52,243 nucleotides of DNA, taken from the NCBI GenBank assembly GCA_037132355.1, contig JBAXPH010000001.1:1-52243 (forward strand). The letters run 5' to 3'. Under the pieces are notes generated by a model. It was not told the DNA's origin. It ran no database searches and saw nothing but the letters and a program-made list of their open reading frames with translations. Position numbers and translations under genes: made by a program. The DNA is from Actinomycetes bacterium (GTDB taxonomy: Bacteria; Actinomycetota; Actinomycetes; Nanopelagicales; Nanopelagicaceae). Every line of letters begins with the position of its first letter. The stretch's first letter is position 1. Of the stretch, positions 37,806-49,147 are shown one piece after another.

Positions 37806-38969
37806 ATGAGCGATCATGATTTCTCGGCACATAATCTGGCCGAGCTTCACACACACCGAAGTGAAAAGTGGCGCACATTTCCGCACGATGTATTGCCGTT
37901 ACCGGTTGCTGAAATGGATTATCCAGTCGCAGAACCAATCAAAGCGATCCTCACCGAGATGGTTTCACACTCAGATCTTGGTTATCTAGGCCCGATTCCA
38001 GAACTTGGTTTAGGCTTCAAAAAATTTGCTGCTGAGCGCTGGAACTGGGCCGTAGATGAGAAACAAGTTCGTGCGGCCACAGATGTTGGTGTTGCTGTTG
38101 TAGAAATTTTGCGTGTGTTTACAAAACCCGGTGACTCGATCCTAATTAGTTCTCCGGTGTATCAAAATTTTTATACCTGGATCAATGAAACACACTTAAC
38201 AATTGTTGATGCTCCCTTTGATCGCATAGGTGACGAAGCAACAAACCCTTGGGTGATCAATTGGGACGCTATTGAAAAAGCATATGTATCGGGAATCAAG
38301 GTTCACCTATTGTGCAGTCCACACAACCCACTTGGTTTTATCTATACCAAAGCTGATTTGTTGAAGATAGTTGCATTAGCTAAAGAGCATAATGTCGTAG
38401 TGATCAGTGATGAGATTCATGCCCCGCTGACTTTTCCAGGTGAAACCTTTACCCCAATTCTTACCCTAGGACCAGATGCTGAATCTGTATCTGTTTCTGT
38501 TACCGCTGCATCAAAGGGTTGGAACATTGCAGGATTAAAGTGCGCAATCATTATTTCTCAAAGCGAGGCGATGAATACTAAGTTAGCTAACCTGGCTCCA
38601 GCTATGCATTACCGTGCATCCTTACTGGGAGGGTTTGCAACCGCTGTTGCATTTGCCGATTGTGGAGTGTGGCTTGACACCGTTTTAGCTCAGCTTGATC
38701 ACAATCGTCACTTGATCAAAGAACTTTTAGCGCAAAAACTTCCAACAGTTCGTTATCACATTCCACAAAATAGTTATTTAGCATGGATCGATGTCGAATC
38801 ACTTAACTTAGGTGCTGATCCTTCAGTCACTTTGGTTGAAACTGCACGAGTAGCCTTTAACTCAGGACATATTTACGGTAAGCAATGCGATCAATATGTG
38901 CGCCTAAATTTTGCGACAAGCCCAGAAATTATCACTGAAGCAATTGATCGGATTGCTCGAGCAATTTAA
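37806..38969 (+). CDS. MalY/PatB family PLP C-S lyase (cystathionine beta-lyase)
   Basis: LPLPVAEMDY, LCSPHNP, SDEIH, ASKGWNIAGLK, VRLNFA. Confidence 0.9.
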   Translation: MSDHDFSAHNLAELHTHRSEKWRTFPHDVLPLPVAEMDYPVAEPIKAILTEMVSHSDLGYLGPIPELGLGFKKFAAERWNWAVDEKQVRAATDVGVAVVEILRVFTKPGDSILISSPVYQNFYTWINETHLTIVDAPFDRIGDEATNPWVINWDAIEKAYVSGIKVHLLCSPHNPLGFIYTKADLLKIVALAKEHNVVVISDEIHAPLTFPGETFTPILTLGPDAESVSVSVTAASKGWNIAGLKCAIIISQSEAMNTKLANLAPAMHYRASLLGGFATAVAFADCGVWLDTVLAQLDHNRHLIKELLAQKLPTVRYHIPQNSYLAWIDVESLNLGADPSVTLVETARVAFNSGHIYGKQCDQYVRLNFATSPEIITEAIDRIARAI

Positions 38970-40474
38970 TGAAGGCTAAGAAATACGATGTCACCATTGT
39001 TGGTGGTGGGCATAACGGTTTAGTTGCTGCTACTTACTTAGCAAAAGCTGGAAAGTCGGTCGTAATCCTGGAAGCAAATCCCGAAATAGGCGGGGCAACT
39101 CAAAGTGTTCAAGCATTTGAAGGTTTTGATGCGCATTTGTCGAGGTATTCATATTTAATCTCATTGTTGCCAGACAGAATCATCTCGGATCTAGGGTTGT
39201 TATTTGAATGTATTTCGCGTGAGGTTTCTAGTTATACCCCGTATGCAGATAAAGGTTTGTATGTTTCTAGACAGTGGGATGAGAAAACCGCGGCATCATT
39301 TAATGAATTAGATCCAACAGGGGCAGAAGCACAAGCCTGGCAACAGTTCTATTCCGAGGTTGCGGATTTTGCTCACAAGATTGCGCCGACACTGTTGCAG
39401 CCGCTAAAGACCAGAAGTGAACTAAAGGCTCACATTAATCTGAACAAGGTTTGGGATTACTTAGTTGAGCAACCCATTGGCGCTGAAATAGACAAACGTT
39501 TCAAGAATGACGTTGTGAAAGGTGTTGTCTTAACTGATGCCTTAATCGGAACATTTGCATCTGCCTACGATCCACAGGCGAATATTTGTTTTCTCTATCA
39601 CCTGATGGGCAACGGAACCGGAGAATGGAAAGTTCCAGTTGGTGGAATGGGCGCACTCGTTAAAGAACTTATTCGTGCTGCCACTGATCTAGGTGTTGAA
39701 ATCAAAGTAAATTCAAAAGTAGATTCAATCGTTAGCGATCAATCAGGTGTGGCGGTAAGAACTGAATCTGGCGATGTGTACCAATCAGATTTTCTGCTTT
39801 CTAATGCTGCCCCTGCCGTATTAGCAAAACTGCGGGGAAAAGCTAAACCAAAATCACTTGATGGTTCGCAGTTAAAAATTAATATCTTGCTCAAACGACT
39901 CCCACAGTTAAAGTCAGGAATTGATCCACGGCTTGCATTTGCTGGCACTTTTCACGCGAATGAAACTTTTTCACAGCTGGAACAAACATTTACAGATGCG
40001 AAATCAGGTGTCATGCCGGCAAAAATGCCAATTGAAATGTATTGCCACACCTTGTCTGATCCATCTATTTTGAGTCCAGACTTACAAGCGGCTGGATATC
40101 AAACGTTAACTATTTTTGGCCTCCATACCCCAGCTTCGCTATTTGATGCAGACAATGATGCAGCTCGTGCTGTAGCACTAGCTTCAGCGCTGTCATCAGT
40201 TAATGAGTATTTGGCAGAACCCATCGAAGATGTGATCGCAGCGATTGAAGTAAAAACACCACTTGATATTGAAGCAGCGATCGCACTTCCTAGGGGCAAC
40301 ATCTTTCACAAAGATCTATCTATGCCATTTCGCGAAGATGGCTCGGCTCCTTCGTGGGGCGTGGAAACCGATGACCCTCGCATCTTTATTTGTGGAGCAG
40401 GGGCTATCCGTGGCGGGGGAGTAAGTGGAATTCCTGGTCATAATGCGGCCATGGCCGTGCTCGGAAACAATTAG
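38969..40474 (+). CDS. Phytoene-dehydrogenase-family NAD(P)/FAD oxidoreductase
   Basis: GGGHNGLVAA, LSRYSYL, GNIFH, GGGVSGIPGHNAA. Confidence 0.82.
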   Translation: MKAKKYDVTIVGGGHNGLVAATYLAKAGKSVVILEANPEIGGATQSVQAFEGFDAHLSRYSYLISLLPDRIISDLGLLFECISREVSSYTPYADKGLYVSRQWDEKTAASFNELDPTGAEAQAWQQFYSEVADFAHKIAPTLLQPLKTRSELKAHINLNKVWDYLVEQPIGAEIDKRFKNDVVKGVVLTDALIGTFASAYDPQANICFLYHLMGNGTGEWKVPVGGMGALVKELIRAATDLGVEIKVNSKVDSIVSDQSGVAVRTESGDVYQSDFLLSNAAPAVLAKLRGKAKPKSLDGSQLKINILLKRLPQLKSGIDPRLAFAGTFHANETFSQLEQTFTDAKSGVMPAKMPIEMYCHTLSDPSILSPDLQAAGYQTLTIFGLHTPASLFDADNDAARAVALASALSSVNEYLAEPIEDVIAAIEVKTPLDIEAAIALPRGNIFHKDLSMPFREDGSAPSWGVETDDPRIFICGAGAIRGGGVSGIPGHNAAMAVLGNN

Positions 40475-40483
40475 AGTTAGCAC

Positions 40484-41539
40484 ATGAGTCTTCACCCTGA
40501 AACTTCTGCAATCACAGCTGGTCGTCCAGATCCAGCCCCTGATGCTTCATTGAATCCTCCAATTATATTTTCTTCTACCTATCACGCAGGTGGTCCAGTT
40601 GGTTATGGGCGATATGGCAATGAAAGTTGGAGCGCACTTGAATCAGCAATTGCTGAATTAGAAGGTGGAGCAACACTTTCATTTTCATCCGGTATGGCAG
40701 CGATCAGCGCAGTCTTTTCAATTTTGCCAATTGGTGCACCAGTAGTTGCATCTAATCAGGGCTACAGCGGCACTATGGGCTTGCTTAATCAGCATCATTC
40801 AACGGGACGTTTAGAAGTTCGCTTTGTTGAAATCACTAACACTGAAGAAGTAATTGCAGCCATGAAAGGTGCAGCGATGCTGTGGCTGGAATCCCCAACA
40901 AATCCATGTTTAGATGTTGCAGATCTGCCTTCCTTGATAGCAGCGGCAAAGAAGTCAGGTATGGGCGTTGCTGTCGATAACACCTTTGCAACTCCGCTTG
41001 TGCAAAAGCCATTATCAATGGGCGCAGACATTGTTATGCATTCGGTGACAAAGTTTTTAGCTGGCCACAGCGATGTTGTGTTGGGATCGCTTTCAACAAA
41101 TGATGACGCGCTGTTGAAGAGATTAGAAGAGTCTCGACGGTTCAATGGTTCAGTTCCGGGCCCATTTGAAGCCTGGCTAGCACTTCGCGGAATTAGAACA
41201 TTTCCTGTTCGATTTAGAGCGGCCGAAAGTAATGCAAAAGATCTAGTTGCTCGACTTAGTAACCATCCAAAGGTTACAAAGGTTCGCTATCCAGGTTTTG
41301 GTGCAGTTGTTTCCTTCGAAGTAGCTGGCACGGCAGAAGATGCCCAGAAGGTGTGTGAATCATCAAAGCTAATCACCCATGCAACCAGTCTTGGTGGGAT
41401 TGAATCATTGTGGGAACGACGTCGTCGCTGGGCCCTTGAAAGCCCATCAGTACCTGAGCAATTAATTCGACTTTCTGTTGGGTGCGAGCATGTTGATGAT
41501 GTATGGGCAGACATTCATCAAGCGTTAGCCACCCTGTAA
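40484..41539 (+). CDS. metB: Cystathionine gamma-synthase / Cys-Met PLP enzyme
   Basis: YGRYGN, FSSGMAA, ESPTNP, VDNTF, HSVTKFLAGHSD, SLGG. Confidence 0.8.
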   Translation: MSLHPETSAITAGRPDPAPDASLNPPIIFSSTYHAGGPVGYGRYGNESWSALESAIAELEGGATLSFSSGMAAISAVFSILPIGAPVVASNQGYSGTMGLLNQHHSTGRLEVRFVEITNTEEVIAAMKGAAMLWLESPTNPCLDVADLPSLIAAAKKSGMGVAVDNTFATPLVQKPLSMGADIVMHSVTKFLAGHSDVVLGSLSTNDDALLKRLEESRRFNGSVPGPFEAWLALRGIRTFPVRFRAAESNAKDLVARLSNHPKVTKVRYPGFGAVVSFEVAGTAEDAQKVCESSKLITHATSLGGIESLWERRRRWALESPSVPEQLIRLSVGCEHVDDVWADIHQALATL

Positions 41540-41573
41540 AGAAATTTTCTGCAAAAGGCTGTATTTTTATCTC

Positions 41574-41723
41574 ATGCTTAAAGCATTTCGTCGATTATTC
41601 GCAGCAGTCACGGTAGCTATTTTGGCTTTCCGCGCGGTTGGATCTTTCCTCTCATGGGTAGAACATCAAGAAGATTCTGTTGCTGATACTTGGGTCGATG
41701 AAGATGAATTTGAAGATGCCTGA
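41574..41723 (+). CDS. 49-aa single-TM protein with acidic tail (missing from the ORF track)
   Basis: MLKAFRRLFAAVTVAILAFRAVGSFLSWVEHQEDSVADTWVDEDEFEDA*; stop overlaps the next start (ATGCCTGA). Confidence 0.65.
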   Translation: MLKAFRRLFAAVTVAILAFRAVGSFLSWVEHQEDSVADTWVDEDEFEDA

Positions 41724-42099
41724 CATCGAATATATTCCCGGTACTTGCAACATTGGTAAAGGCGAAATTCGACGTCGACAATTAGTTGCCATAGTTGGTC
41801 TGTTCTTTTCAATCACAGCTTTGATTGGCTTTATAGCCGCTGGCGCGCCGGTTGGAGTTCGTCTAGGAATTTTCTTCCCACTAATGGTTGCCTCAGTTGG
41901 CTTTGTTCAATCCCGCAGCAAATTTTGTTTAGCGTACGGATTTGCTGGAACATTTAATGTTGGCAAAATGGGCGATATCAAGCGAGTAACAAGCAAAGAG
42001 GATCGCGCTGCAGATCGCAAGACCGCACTAGCAATTCTTGGAAAATCTTTTGCACTTGCAACTATAGCGACATGTGTGGTCTTAGTACTACCCTTCTAA
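41716..42099 (+). CDS. Hypothetical membrane protein
   Basis: YIPGTCNIGKGEIRRR, three TM segments, QSRSKFC. Confidence 0.7.
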   Translation: MPDIEYIPGTCNIGKGEIRRRQLVAIVGLFFSITALIGFIAAGAPVGVRLGIFFPLMVASVGFVQSRSKFCLAYGFAGTFNVGKMGDIKRVTSKEDRAADRKTALAILGKSFALATIATCVVLVLPF

Positions 42100-42101
42100 G
42101 C

Positions 42102-42443
42102 ATGAAGATCCTAATTCATACTCGTCACGCAGATTTAGCAGAAGATTTCAAAATTATCGTAGAAGAAAAACTAAGCAGCATGGAACGATTTAGCGTGGTT
42201 ATTGATCGCGTTGAAGTTGAAGTTCTTCATGAGGCAAATCCCCAACAGGGCAAACACTCGCACAAGGTCGTTTTAACATCGCATGGATCTGGTCCTTTGA
42301 TACGGGCAGAGGCGGCAGAGTTTAATGACTTAGCAGCTTTTGATACTGCTATAAAAGCATTTGCATTACAGATTCGAAAGATTCATGAGCGCACGAAAGA
42401 TCATGATCGTGCAACTTTACGAACAATGAAAACTGAAATCTAA
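42102..42443 (+). CDS. hpf: Ribosome hibernation factor HPF/RaiA, short form
   Basis: MKILIHTRH...VEEKL...RVEVEV.HE.NP...GPLIRAEA...AAFD; no C-terminal domain. Confidence 0.8.
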   Translation: MKILIHTRHADLAEDFKIIVEEKLSSMERFSVVIDRVEVEVLHEANPQQGKHSHKVVLTSHGSGPLIRAEAAEFNDLAAFDTAIKAFALQIRKIHERTKDHDRATLRTMKTEI

Positions 42444-43345
42444 ACGATTTCGCTGCCATCTTTACGAGTGGCGGTAAGACTGGCAACTGTTGTAACAATC
42501 AAACTTGCAACAATGACTGCGAGACTTACTTCAAGGCTAACTTCTGGAATGTGAACTCCAGCAATCTCATCGATGCCAATTCCGTGGAACGCTTCCATAA
42601 CCATTTTCACGCCAATGAATGCCAAGATGAAGGAAAGACCTTTTGATAGGAAAACCAATCGCTTAAGCAGACCTTCTAGCAAGAAGAAGAGCTGACGAAG
42701 TCCCATCAGGGCAAATACATTTGCAGTCGTGACAATATATGGATCCTTAGTCAAACCAAAGATTGCCGGAATTGAATCAAGCGAGAAAACCAAATTAGTA
42801 AGTCCAAGTGCAACTAAGGCGATAGTAAATGTACTGAAGCCACGCTTTTTCAAAATTGCAGTGACTTTTCCTTCCTTCCATTCATCATCTTCGTCTTCTT
42901 TTGCCAAGGTGTAGGCGGTGTAAATGAGGAAAGCTCCGAATAAAAAGAACACAGAGGCGAAGGATTGAATAAGAGCTGCGCCAAGCGGAATCAATAATGC
43001 TCGAATTGCAATAGTCAGCATGATTCCTAGTAATAAAACTAACTGCTGTGATTCTTTCTGTACCTTCAGACTGCTCAAAATAATAATGAAGACGAAGATA
43101 TTGTCTACAGACAATGCATACTCAGTGAGCCAGCCTGCAAAGAACTCTTTTTGCCCCGAAACTCCCGTCCAATGAGGCATTAAAGTTCCAAAAACAATTG
43201 CGGTGCCGATATAGAACACTGTCCAGAAACCAGCTTCACCCATGGACGTCGGCTTATTTCTGCGAATCACGGCGATGGCAAGATCAAAAATAATGATCCC
43301 TGCTAGAACTGCAATTGTTACTAGCCAGGTAGTCGTAGATTCCAT
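42440..43345 (-). CDS. TerC/Alx family metal homeostasis membrane protein
   Basis: EFFAGWLTEYALSVDNIFVF, FSLDSIPAIFG, NVFALMGLRQL. Confidence 0.92.
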   Translation of the reverse strand: MESTTTWLVTIAVLAGIIIFDLAIAVIRRNKPTSMGEAGFWTVFYIGTAIVFGTLMPHWTGVSGQKEFFAGWLTEYALSVDNIFVFIIILSSLKVQKESQQLVLLLGIMLTIAIRALLIPLGAALIQSFASVFFLFGAFLIYTAYTLAKEDEDDEWKEGKVTAILKKRGFSTFTIALVALGLTNLVFSLDSIPAIFGLTKDPYIVTTANVFALMGLRQLFFLLEGLLKRLVFLSKGLSFILAFIGVKMVMEAFHGIGIDEIAGVHIPEVSLEVSLAVIVASLIVTTVASLTATRKDGSEIV

Positions 43346-43361
43346 GGCGGTATTGTGTCAG

Positions 43362-44969
43362 TTAGTGATGGACCCACAGAGTTGAAACCGCAGGAATTGT
43401 TATTTTTCCATCGCGTCCATCGGGTACTCCGGCGCTTACGATCAGCACTTTGCCCGTGATTTCAACTTCTATTGGTGCATCGCCAAGATTCATATAGACA
43501 GACACATTAGCTCGACGATATGCCAGCAAAGTTGAAATTCTGGAACCATGATTAGGTGATTCCACCCAATTGATATCACCGTTACTTACCAAATGCTCAG
43601 CACGCAGATTTAAAGCGTTTCGATAAAGATTCAATGAACTCTTTGGCTCTGCTGACTGCTTTTCAATTGTTAATTCTTTCCATCCATCATGTAAAGGTAG
43701 CCAAGGATTTCCAGATGAAAATCCGAATGGTGCACTGTCACCGTTCCACGGCAATGGAACACGGGCACCGTCTCGACCCTTTTGTGTTCCATTAGTGCGG
43801 AAATAGATTGGATCTTGGCGGGCTTCATCAGGAATAACACCATCAGGAAGTCCAAGTTCTTGCCCGGCATAGATGTATGAAGATCCAGGCAATCCGAATA
43901 CAAACATCGCAAGTGCGCGTGATTGTTGTTCTCCGACACGTGATGCCACACGCGGTGAATCATGATTACTAAGAGCCCAGGTCGGTAGTGCAGCTACAGA
44001 TTTCATCAATTCAATTGTTCGACTTACAACATCGTAAAGATGCGGACCGTTAAAGGGAGCATCCAGCAGATCAAAATTAAAGACTTGATGCAGCTCATCT
44101 GGGCGCACATAACGCGTTGCATTAACTGGGGGATGAACCCAGGCCTCCGCAACAGCCATAATTTCGCGATCTCCATACGAATCAAAAAGTGTGCGCCATT
44201 TGCGATAAATCTCGTGCACACCTTGGCGATCAAAATAAGGAACCGTCTGCAGCAATGCGTAGCGCTTATCTATATCCATAGACACATCAAGGCGCAGTGC
44301 ATCACTTAAACCTTGTGGATCGTGATGATCCTTCAGGACATCTTCTTTTACTAATCCGTGCGCAACATCGATTCGGAAGCCATCGACGCCAAGCTCTAGC
44401 CAAAAGCGGAAAGTCTTGTCGTAATCTGCAGCTACTTCTGGATTTTCCCAGTTGAGATCAGGTTGAGATGAATCAAATAAATGTAAGTAGAATTGACCAT
44501 CGGCCACTTGAGTCCATGATGGTCCACCAAAAAGTGAGATCCAGTTGTTTGGTGGTGTGCCATCTGGGTTTGCATCATAAAAATGAAAACGCGAACGCTC
44601 TATTGAACCACGCCCGGCTTTAAGCGCTGCTTGAAACCAGACATGTTGATCGGAAAAATGGTTAGGAACAACATCAACTAAGACTCGTAGATCTAATGAA
44701 TGTGCGACATCAATCATTCTTTTTGCATCGGCCAGATTTCCAAAACGTGGATCTACGTCTCGAGGATCGGCAACGTCGTATCCACCATCCTTGTTGGGAG
44801 ATGTGTAAAAAGGACTAAGCCAAATTGCATCGACTCCGAGCGATTTTACGTATTCAAGTTTCGATGTAATCCCTTGAAGATCACCTTCACCATCGCCATT
44901 GCTGTCAAAAAACGACCGTGGGTAGATCTGGTAGATCGTTGCTTCTTTCCACCAGGGCGACGATTTCAT
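43362..44969 (-). CDS. GH13 alpha-glucosidase
   Basis: YQIYPRSF, DGGYDV, DVVPNH, GFRIDVA, EAW, SNHD, GRDGARVP. Confidence 0.93.
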   Translation of the reverse strand: MKSSPWWKEATIYQIYPRSFFDSNGDGEGDLQGITSKLEYVKSLGVDAIWLSPFYTSPNKDGGYDVADPRDVDPRFGNLADAKRMIDVAHSLDLRVLVDVVPNHFSDQHVWFQAALKAGRGSIERSRFHFYDANPDGTPPNNWISLFGGPSWTQVADGQFYLHLFDSSQPDLNWENPEVAADYDKTFRFWLELGVDGFRIDVAHGLVKEDVLKDHHDPQGLSDALRLDVSMDIDKRYALLQTVPYFDRQGVHEIYRKWRTLFDSYGDREIMAVAEAWVHPPVNATRYVRPDELHQVFNFDLLDAPFNGPHLYDVVSRTIELMKSVAALPTWALSNHDSPRVASRVGEQQSRALAMFVFGLPGSSYIYAGQELGLPDGVIPDEARQDPIYFRTNGTQKGRDGARVPLPWNGDSAPFGFSSGNPWLPLHDGWKELTIEKQSAEPKSSLNLYRNALNLRAEHLVSNGDINWVESPNHGSRISTLLAYRRANVSVYMNLGDAPIEVEITGKVLIVSAGVPDGRDGKITIPAVSTLWVHH

Positions 44970-45052
44970 GGTGACAGGCTACGGAATTGGCAATTGTCAG
45001 ACAATGTAAAACATGTGTAACACCTGCTGCAATGTTGCGCTTTTATAACGTT

Positions 45053-45430
45053 TTAGCGGGGAAGCTTCTTTTCAACCTCAGCGATCAACGCTTGCATCTC
45101 TTTGGAGATTTCTTTCAATTCTGCAAGTTCTAGGGCTGCGTATTTTCGTGCTTCTTTAGCTAATTCAAATTCGGCTAATGAAGCGGTATGTGTTTCATCT
45201 ATTTTTTGTTCGACACTTACAGATTGAACCTTTTGCCCCACCATAATGATTGATAACAGAACTAGCTGTAAGAATGTTTGAGCTACCCAAGAAACGATGA
45301 CAATAGAGTCACCTGACTGCAAAGCCTTGGGCAAAGAAATTAGCGCTATGCCTGCAAAGATATAAGCGCACCACATTGTGGCTACGCCCGAAGTAATTTT
45401 TTCTGCTAACCAAAGATTGAAGCGCTTCAT
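45053..45430 (-). CDS. Small membrane protein, DUF1003-related
   Basis: Two TM segments, AQTFLQLVLLSIIMVGQ, coiled-coil tail. Confidence 0.6.
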   Translation of the reverse strand: MKRFNLWLAEKITSGVATMWCAYIFAGIALISLPKALQSGDSIVIVSWVAQTFLQLVLLSIIMVGQKVQSVSVEQKIDETHTASLAEFELAKEARKYAALELAELKEISKEMQALIAEVEKKLPR

Positions 45431-45456
45431 GGCCTCAACGATACACTTGTCTCATC

Positions 45457-46650
45457 ATGCAAACTTCACAAGAGGAAGCCTTTCGACAGGCTTGTGCCAG
45501 AATTTTGGACTCTTCTACATTTGTTCGGGCAGTTTTGTCTGGCCGCCGCCGCAATATGCAGGTTGACTTTGAACGTATTGATATTCGACTAGTTGAAATC
45601 AAAGGTGTTTTAAATCTGCAACTGATGCAAAATGATGGACGGGCAACGACAACAAAAAATCTACTTCCACAACAAGTTGCTATTGATGAGTTACTCAATA
45701 GCGGTTATGCAAACGTGACTGTCGAAAGTACTCATGAGGCATACTCAATCCGCATCACAAAAAGCGGAGATGCCCAGGTACACACTGAAAAGCGTGAATT
45801 AGAACAAAATCTGGCACACGATAAAAAGAAGGATCGACTTCTTGATGCGAGTGATCCATTCTTGCGTGAAGTCGGAATTGCAGATGCCAAGGGAGTTATT
45901 AAGCCTTCGCGTCAGGATAAGTACAAGCAAGTGGAGGAATTCTTACGCTTGTTATCACCAACGCTTAATGCCGCAATTGAAGCAGGGCAGATTCATAAAC
46001 CGACTTCAGAAAATCCCTTACGTATTACAGATCTTGGCTGCGGACATGCTTACCTAACTTTTGCAGCTCATCAATTCCTGATGAAATCCGGAATCCCAGT
46101 TGTAGTTACAGGTATTGATGTTCGACCAGATTCAAGTGATCGCAACAACGAGATTGCCAAAAAATTAGGCATTACATCAACGATAAATTTCAAAGCTGAA
46201 GAAATCTCGAAGACAACAGCAGAAGCAGCAGATATTGCCATTGCCTTACACGCTTGTGACACCGCAACTGATGACGCAATTGCATGGGCTGTTAACGGTG
46301 GAGCCAAACTATTGTTGATTGCACCGTGTTGCCATCACGATATTCAAAAGCAAATAAATAGCGCGCCAGAACCGTGGGGAGCTTTAATAAAGGTTGGTTT
46401 GATGAAAGAACGCCTGGGCGATCTTTTGACTGATTCTTTGCGTGCGCAATTGCTTCGCATTGTTGGATATCGTGTTGAGGTAATTGAGTTTGTCGGGGGA
46501 GAGCACACCCCACGTAATTTGATGATTCGCGCAGTCAAGACAGATGCAAAGCCAGAGAAGTTAGATATCGATAGATATCTCGAAATTACCTCACAATGGG
46601 GCGTTACTCCTGCCTTAGAGAAGAAACTTCCTACTCTTAACATCCGTTAG
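45457..46650 (+). CDS. SAM-dependent methyltransferase
   Basis: DLGCGHAYLTF, ALHACDTATD, APCCH, EHTPRN. Confidence 0.88.
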   Translation: MQTSQEEAFRQACARILDSSTFVRAVLSGRRRNMQVDFERIDIRLVEIKGVLNLQLMQNDGRATTTKNLLPQQVAIDELLNSGYANVTVESTHEAYSIRITKSGDAQVHTEKRELEQNLAHDKKKDRLLDASDPFLREVGIADAKGVIKPSRQDKYKQVEEFLRLLSPTLNAAIEAGQIHKPTSENPLRITDLGCGHAYLTFAAHQFLMKSGIPVVVTGIDVRPDSSDRNNEIAKKLGITSTINFKAEEISKTTAEAADIAIALHACDTATDDAIAWAVNGGAKLLLIAPCCHHDIQKQINSAPEPWGALIKVGLMKERLGDLLTDSLRAQLLRIVGYRVEVIEFVGGEHTPRNLMIRAVKTDAKPEKLDIDRYLEITSQWGVTPALEKKLPTLNIR

Positions 46651-47985
<1,335 letters not shown>

Positions 47986-47995
47986 CAGGAGAACC

Positions 47996-48493
47996 ATGTC
48001 AAAGAAGACTCTGCTTAAAGTATTTGCGGTTTTGGCCGTAGCAGCAATTGCATTTGCAACAATCACATCTTTCGGAGGGAAAGACACAGTGTCAGAATCA
48101 GCAGCAGGATTTCCAGCGGTAACAGGTAACGCGGGCGAGGCCCCAACAATCACACCACCAACGGGTGCAGCACCCACAACATTGCAAACCAAAGACATCA
48201 TCGTTGGAACTGGCACAGAAGTTAAAGCAACATCGACTCTTACAGTTCATTACACATTGATGACATGGTCAAATGGAAAACTTATTGAATCATCATGGTC
48301 TGGTGGACAACCAGCAACATTCCCACTGTCAGGTGTAATCGCAGGATGGCAAGAAGGTTTGCCTGGTGCAAAGGTTGGCGGACGTCGTTTGCTCGTTATC
48401 CCAGCTGACAAGGGATATGGTCCAAATGGTTCAGGCCCAATCGGTCCTAACGAAACGTTGATCTTCGTCGTAGACATCATCGCGGTTTCATAA
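47996..48493 (+). CDS. FKBP-type peptidyl-prolyl isomerase, membrane-anchored
   Basis: VHYT...ESSW...VIAGWQEG...IPADKGYG...TLIFVVD. Confidence 0.93.
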   Translation: MSKKTLLKVFAVLAVAAIAFATITSFGGKDTVSESAAGFPAVTGNAGEAPTITPPTGAAPTTLQTKDIIVGTGTEVKATSTLTVHYTLMTWSNGKLIESSWSGGQPATFPLSGVIAGWQEGLPGAKVGGRRLLVIPADKGYGPNGSGPIGPNETLIFVVDIIAVS

Positions 48494-48496
48494 ATC

Positions 48497-49147
48497 TTGT
48501 TTAAGAAACTGACAGGGGAGTACTTAGGCACTGCCCTCTTAGTTTCAATTGTTGTTGGCTCAGGAATTATGGCCACCAATCTTTCGCAGGATGTTGGCGT
48601 TCAGCTGCTGATCAATACAATTTCGACAGTTTTTGGTCTTGCGGTCCTGATTCAAATTCTTGGACCTATTAGCGGCGCTAATTTCAACCCTGTTGTAACA
48701 ATGATTGATTTAATTCAAAAGCGCACTAACTTTGTGACTTTTGTTCAGTATGCAGTTGCCCAAACGGCTGGCGCAATAACTGGTGCGATATTGGCAAATG
48801 CGATGTTTAGCCATCCATTAATCGAGGTTTCAACAAAGGTTCGGGGCGGTGGCAACCAGTACTTAGGTGAAATCGTTGCAACTGCTGGGCTAATCCTGAT
48901 TGTTAATCTGATGATTCACCAGGAAAAAACAGCTTTAATTCCTGTAATCGTTGCTTCTTGGATCGGAAGCGCTTACTTCTTCACGAGCTCAACATCTTTT
49001 GCAAACCCGGCAGTTACCGTGGGGCGAATCTTCTCTGATTCCTTTGCCGGAATCGCACCAGGATGTGTTACTAAATTTATTGCAGCTCAAATTCTTGGTG
49101 CCTTAATTGGCCTGGGTCTAACGAAGGTGCTTACAAATGATAAATAA
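48497..49147 (+). CDS. MIP/aquaporin family channel, arsenic-operon type
   Basis: VVGSGIMA, NFNPVVT, AYFFTSSTSFANPAVT; overlaps arsC. Confidence 0.88.
   Translation: MFKKLTGEYLGTALLVSIVVGSGIMATNLSQDVGVQLLINTISTVFGLAVLIQILGPISGANFNPVVTMIDLIQKRTNFVTFVQYAVAQTAGAITGAILANAMFSHPLIEVSTKVRGGGNQYLGEIVATAGLILIVNLMIHQEKTALIPVIVASWIGSAYFFTSSTSFANPAVTVGRIFSDSFAGIAPGCVTKFIAAQILGALIGLGLTKVLTNDK

Noticed and set aside
38969-40474. crtI for retinal or carotenoid synthesis
   Set aside because: Motifs fit the GGGHNGL/GNIFH subfamily and no crt genes are nearby.
43346-43361. yybP-ykoY Mn riboswitch expected before TerC/Alx
   Set aside because: The gap is only 16 bp, with a leaderless-type CACAAT-N6-ATG; there is no room for it.
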